Positions 58,019-64,000 of a DNA stretch of 64,000 nt are shown one piece after another. The DNA is from Eledone cirrhosa. Lineage: Eukaryota. Position 1 is the stretch's first letter. Each line of letters starts with the position of its first letter. The stretch spans positions 28,706,001 through 28,770,000 of the forward strand of contig OZ024759.1 in NCBI GenBank assembly GCA_964016885.1. Direction: 5' to 3'. The translations under genes and the position numbers were made by a program. The notes beneath the pieces are model-generated. The model made no database searches. It was not told where the DNA came from and worked only from the letters and a program-made list of their open reading frames with translations.

Positions 58019-58857
58019 AGTTGGTATTTGGAACGTAACTTAACAAAGGTTCTTACATAAAATTGTGATAGAATATTTTAACATAAACAAACCATTTCTT
58101 TATATTTCTAATAAAAGACGCTACCTATGAATTTCATATCATTTTGAAAGTAATCAAGAGATTTACTAATATACATATATAGCTTTCTCATTGTTAAGCT
58201 GGTGTTTGGAACATAACTTAACAAAGGGTCATACATTAAAATTATGATGGAAGATTTTTAGATAAATGTAAACACTTTAAGATAAACAGTTTTATATCGT
58301 AGAATGAGGGGGGGGGGTCAGGTGGATTGGTATCGAATTATTGATTGAGTGAGGGCTGATTGAATGGCTGAATTATTGGCTTATTGAAAATATGATTGCT
58401 TGATTAAATGATTGAATGATTAGTTGATCGATTGGTTAATTGAGTGAGTGATTGGGTGATTGGTTGGTTAATCGAATGACTGAATTACTGATTGATTACG
58501 TAATTGTTTTATTGATTGAGTGAATGAGTGAGGGGTGAATAATGAGTGGGGGTGGTGATGGAGTGAGGAAGTGAAGGAATGAGTGGGGGTGGTGATGGAG
58601 TGAGGAAGTGAAGGAATGAGTGGGGGTGGTGAGTGGTTGAGTATGAGAATGAGTAGGGTAGTGAGGGAAGGAGTGAGGGAAGGAGTGAGTGAAAGAGTGA
58701 AGGAGTGAGAAACTGAATGAGAGGAAGTGAGAGAATGAATGGTTGAGTGAGGGGAATGAATGAGGTATGGATGAGTGAGTGATTGACTGAGATAGTGAGT
58801 GTGATTGATTACCTTATTAATTGATCGATTGATTAAGTATCAAGTTAATTGGTTGAT

Positions 58858-58916
<59 letters not shown>

Positions 58917-59633
58917 TCGATGAAGTGTGTCAATGAGTGAGTGTGAGTGTACTTAAACGAGTGTGAGTGAAGAGAAGCATGAAATGGCATGACACGTGGA
59001 GTGGGGGTATCGATTACATAAGAGGTGTTTGATAGATCGAGGTTATCACAGATATATACATACACGTATTGAAGACGTGGGTGGCTGGGTGGTTGGGTGG
59101 CTGGGTGGTTGGATGGGTGGGTGGTTAGGTAGGTGGTTGGGTGGTTGGCTGGGTGGCTGGGTGGATGGGTGGTTGGTTGGGTGGGTTGCTGGGTGGGTGG
59201 TTGGTTGGGTAGGTTGCTAAGTGGGTGGGTGGGTGGGTGGATGGGTGGGTGGTTGGGTGGCTGGGTGGCTATTAGAGTTGGGGGTGTAAGGAAGAGGTGA
59301 AAGAGAAGGGGAGAGAAAGAGAAGAGGAGACAAGGGTGAGGAGACCTGAAAGGCGATGGTAAGTTGGGGTGTAAGGGGGTAGGGTGGGGATGTGAAAGGT
59401 GGTGGTAAGTTTGGGGTTAAGGTTGAGGCGAGAACACAGGGCCGGTCTAGAGAGAGAGAGAGAGAGAGTAAGAGAGAGAGGGCAGTAATAGAGAGGGAGG
59501 GGGCAGTAAAGAGAAAGAGAGGCATTAGAGAGAGAGATGGTAGTAGTGGTGGTGATGGAGACATGAAAGATGATGGTTGATACGGGGTGTAGGGATGAGG
59601 CGAGAGCTGAATTAGTAGAGAGTGGGTGGTAGG

Positions 59634-59674
<41 letters not shown>

Positions 59675-59936
59675 GCAAATAGAGGTGATAGAGAGGAGCA
59701 GTAGAAAGAGAGACATTGGGAGTAGTAGGGAGAGGAGGGTGGAATGGCAGAGAGAGGGGGGGGTGACAAAGAGAAGGAGTGATAGAGAGGAGTAGTAGAG
59801 AGAAAGAGAGAGAGCGAGGTTGAGTAGTAGGGAGAGGGGGTGGAATGGCAGAGAGAGAGAGGGTGACAAAGAGAAGGAGTGATATAGAGAGAGAGAGAGG
59901 GGTTAGTAGAGAGAGAGAGAAAGAGAGAGAGGAGGT

Positions 59937-59974
<38 letters not shown>

Positions 59975-59999
59975 GTGGCAGAGAGAGAGAGGAGTTGTC

Positions 60000-60031
<32 letters not shown>

Positions 60032-60428
60032 GAGGTGGCAGAGAGAGAGAGAGAGAGGAGGTGGCAGAGAGAGAAAGAGAGAGAGGAGGTGGCAGAGAGA
60101 GAGAGAGGTGGGTTCATGAAAGGCGTTGATTGTCTTGAATAAGTCATCAATGAGTGAAGTGAAAGAAAATCACCGACGAGGGAGAGATTGATAGCTGGGG
60201 CGGGGCGGGGGCGGGGGAGCTAATGAATGAAACATTTGTTGTAGCGGGGGGTAGGGTTTCAGCCTCCAACCAGGGTAGTGTGTCACAGCAACGTTGACAG
60301 AATTACAAAGAGTCGAGTTACAACAAACACAATACAAGCGACATTGATAATGGTATCTGATTTAGGCAGGTCGACACCAGTATTTTACAGGTACTTCAGT
60401 TTGTCGACTCCCCACCAAAAACTAAGTT

Positions 60429-60533
60429 GAAGAAGAAGAAGAAGAAGAAGAAGAAGAAGAAGAAGAAGAAGAAGAAGAAGAAGAAGAAGAAGAAGAAGAA
60501 GAAGAAGAAGAAGAAGAAGAAGAAGAAGAAGAA
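60429..60533. repeat. (GAA)n microsatellite
   Basis: Direct inspection. Confidence 0.97.
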
Positions 60534-60851
60534 GGACCATGTGATGTGTAATCGATAAGTTTCTGTCACTTTCAGATTGACATTGGATAAATAAAAGGTT
60601 AAGGGTTCATTTAGAGATGGTGGTGGTGGTGTCTACATTTGAGGTGTCAGGTTACCACCTTTTGGGTGGAGTTTTGTTACCAATGGGTTTTATGCAGTAA
60701 GGTTATATCTAGATATATCAGGGGTTGAAAACAGAGACAGGGTTAATAGTATCTAGATAGATTATATTGTAATACATACATACATATATATATACATACA
60801 TACACACATACATACATACGAACGTACGTAAGTACGAACATACATACATAG

Positions 60852-61500
60852 TACTATCTACCTATAATGCATGATGTAGTGGCCAAAACACTATACAATG
60901 CAATACTTAGAAAAGATAGCCCTGACAATAAACATATTAAAAGTTATATCAATGTGGAAGACATACATAATATGAAAGAGTGTTGGTGGAATGTTCCAGT
61001 AAAAACCCCAATAAAATGCAAGCATAACAGACCAGATATAATGATATGGGACAGGGAAAAGAAAGCATGCACAGTAGTGGAAGTTAGCTGTCCAGCAGAT
61101 GCCAATATAATATCAAAGATTAGCGAAAAAGGAGAATATTTATGCAGAACTAATGAGAAATCTGCAGAGACTCCACCCTGATTATACCTTCAGATTTATA
61201 CCTGTGATTATTGGGGCACTGGGATATGTTAGTAACTGCCTCAATACAAATCTTGAGAAGGTGGGCTTCACAGGAAGAGAAGGAACACAACTAGTTAGGA
61301 AATTACAAGTACAATCCATTAATGGAACAGTAAAAATATGTAAAACATTCCAAAGCTTCTGTATCTAATAACATACACACATATATAGATACAAAGCATA
61401 TACACATACACACATATAACTCAAAACATACATCCACATCCACACATACAATAACATCCATACTTGCACACACATACATGCAGACATGCATACATATCTA
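60852..61500 (+). mobile_element. 5'-truncated RLE-type (R4-like) LINE: restriction-like endonuclease pseudo-ORF with one frameshift
   Basis: YYLPIMHDVVA...WWN...HNRPDIMIWD...VVEVSCP..., frameshift near 61130, then EKENIYAEL...PVIIGALG, stop at 61368; TACA-rich flanks. Confidence 0.8.
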
Positions 61501-61581
61501 CCTAGTTAATGTTGTGTAAATTCCAATTGAGAGGTTGTCTTTTTTCCGGGTATGTCAATATTTATTTATAAAACAAATCTG

Positions 61582-61637
61582 TATTTTATCTGATGAAAGC
61601 GCACCATAATTTACCTTGAAATATGTATAATAAAATA
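61582..61637 (+). ncRNA. Hammerhead motif (TATTTTAT family)
   Basis: TATTTTAT-CTGATGA-AAG..CTT-GAA-ATATGTAT-A-ATAAAATA; 61532-61681 is nearly identical to 42037-42196 (reverse complement). Confidence 0.75.
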
Positions 61638-61675
61638 AATATGGCTTTATAAATATAGTTTCCATTTATTAATAT

Positions 61676-61741
<66 letters not shown>

Positions 61742-61909
61742 TATATACATGTATATATATATATATACATATATATATACATGTATATACATATATATAC
61801 ATATATATATATACATATATATATACATGTATATACATATATATACATATATATATATATACATATATATATATACATGTATATATATATATATATACAT
61901 GTATATATG

Positions 61910-61958
<49 letters not shown>

Positions 61959-62041
61959 GCATACATATATACATATATATACATATATACACACACACAC
62001 ATATATATATGTATATGTATATATATATACATGTATATATG

Positions 62042-62080
<39 letters not shown>

Positions 62081-62085
62081 ATATG

Positions 62086-62124
<39 letters not shown>

Positions 62125-62159
62125 ATATGTATGTATATATATATATATATATATATACA

Positions 62160-62260
<101 letters not shown>

Positions 62261-62546
62261 CAAAAGAAAATGGCTGCGTTGAAATTCAGGTGTTCTCAAA
62301 GAAGAAAGCTGATTTGGAGAGTTTGGTTTCTTTTAGTTTGTATTTGTCTTTGATTGTTTTTGTTCTTTTGTTTTCCAGGAGAAGACCTTGCTTAACGTTA
62401 ATAGTAATGACGGGATTGATAATGAAAGAAGATTTTTCAAGTGGCTTACTTCCACTTCCGGTGGTATTACGCCTTAGCGCATTAAAGTGTCACAAATATT
62501 TGTGCCCGGATGATCATGTAACATTCTTGCCTTTCTCACTGGCAGC

Positions 62547-62910
62547 CATCATCATAGCATCACAGCTATCATCACAATCATCATCATAGCATAACAGCTA
62601 TCATCACAATCATCATCATAGCATCACAGCTATCATCATCACAATCATCATCATAGCATCACAATCATCATCATAGCATCACAATCATCATCATAGCATC
62701 ACAGCTATCATCACAATCATCATCATAGCATCACAGCTATCATCATCACAATCATCATCATAGCATCACAATCATCATCATAGCATCACAGCTATCATCA
62801 TCACAATCATCATCATATCATCACAATCATCATCATAGCATCACAGCTATCATCACAATCATCATCATAACATCACAATCATCATCATAGCATCACAATC
62901 ATCATCACAG
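62547..62910. repeat. (CAT)-based compound minisatellite
   Basis: Direct inspection. Confidence 0.9.
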
Positions 62911-63061
62911 TAATCATAGCAACATATAGCAGTGTAGCATCTCGACTTCACTGGCTCGTGAATGTATTTTGACGGCATCTAACAAGATATAGATATATAT
63001 ATCAGTATATATATATATATATGTGTGTATGTGTATATATATATATATATGTGTGTGTATG

Positions 63062-63094
<33 letters not shown>

Positions 63095-63184
63095 ATATAA
63101 TATATATATATATATAATAGATATATATATAACATATATATATATATATATAATATATATTATATATATATATATATTATATAT

Positions 63185-63245
<61 letters not shown>

Positions 63246-63696
63246 ATATATATATAATATATATATGTGTGTGTATATATATATAATATATATATGTGTG
63301 TGTATATATATATAATATATATATGTGTGTGTGTATATATATATCTATATATATATCTATATCTATATATATATATATATACATATATGTACCAGGGGCG
63401 AAGGGTCCGTGCATGCAATGCATGCAGTGCATGCGTTATAGAATCTTGAGTTGATCAATTGCGTCGGTTGAAGCAAGCAGAATTTTGGCTGCTTACTAAA
63501 TCGTAGACACATAAAAAGATAGCACACACACACACACATATATACACTAGACAACACTACATGCGGCTTTGACTGGGAGGGGCATTTTGAGGGAATTGGG
63601 GGGGAGGGGTAAGGTTGCACAGCCCCACTTTCCGCCATGTCGATTGGACTGCATGCCCTGCTTTCCAGGTTACCCTTCACCACTGATATATATAAA

Positions 63697-63763
<67 letters not shown>

Positions 63764-63918
63764 CTCTGTGTATGTGTATTCATCTTTATGTATATATATA
63801 GAGATATATATTAATGTATTAATATTATATATACATATTCACACACACATATGCATGTCATAACGTATATCTGATAGTATATACATATATGCATTTACAT
63901 ACGTACAGGCATATACTG

Positions 63919-63951
<33 letters not shown>

Positions 63952-64000
63952 CACATATGCAGACATACCTATATACATTTACCTAGCTATATAATTCGTA

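Overview
Non-coding, microsatellite-saturated animal DNA. It is most likely octopus or another coleoid cephalopod; this is an inference from the SINE sequences and simple-repeat load, not from a database search. No intact host protein-coding gene is visible, and nearly all track ORFs are translations of (TA)n, (TG)n, (CAC)n and similar repeats. The non-simple DNA is mainly retroelement debris: Tx1/L1 3' ends, R4/Dong-like restriction-endonuclease LINE ends, a recently copied bipartite RTE derivative, about 17 tRNA-derived SINE copies, small Tc1/mariner-type MITEs and Penelope-like (PLE) remnants. The main hidden signal is about 20 type I hammerhead-ribozyme cores (stem I-CUGANGA-stem II-GAA-stem III-UH-stem I'), found by eye on both strands. 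They belong to several unrelated families, often sit in fold-back inverted repeats next to (TA)n, and one family lies directly downstream of a PLE endonuclease C-terminus. Each retroelement class also appears to occupy its own microsatellite type. A few short CpG- and TF-motif-rich unique islands may be regulatory. All structures were folded manually and none is tested.
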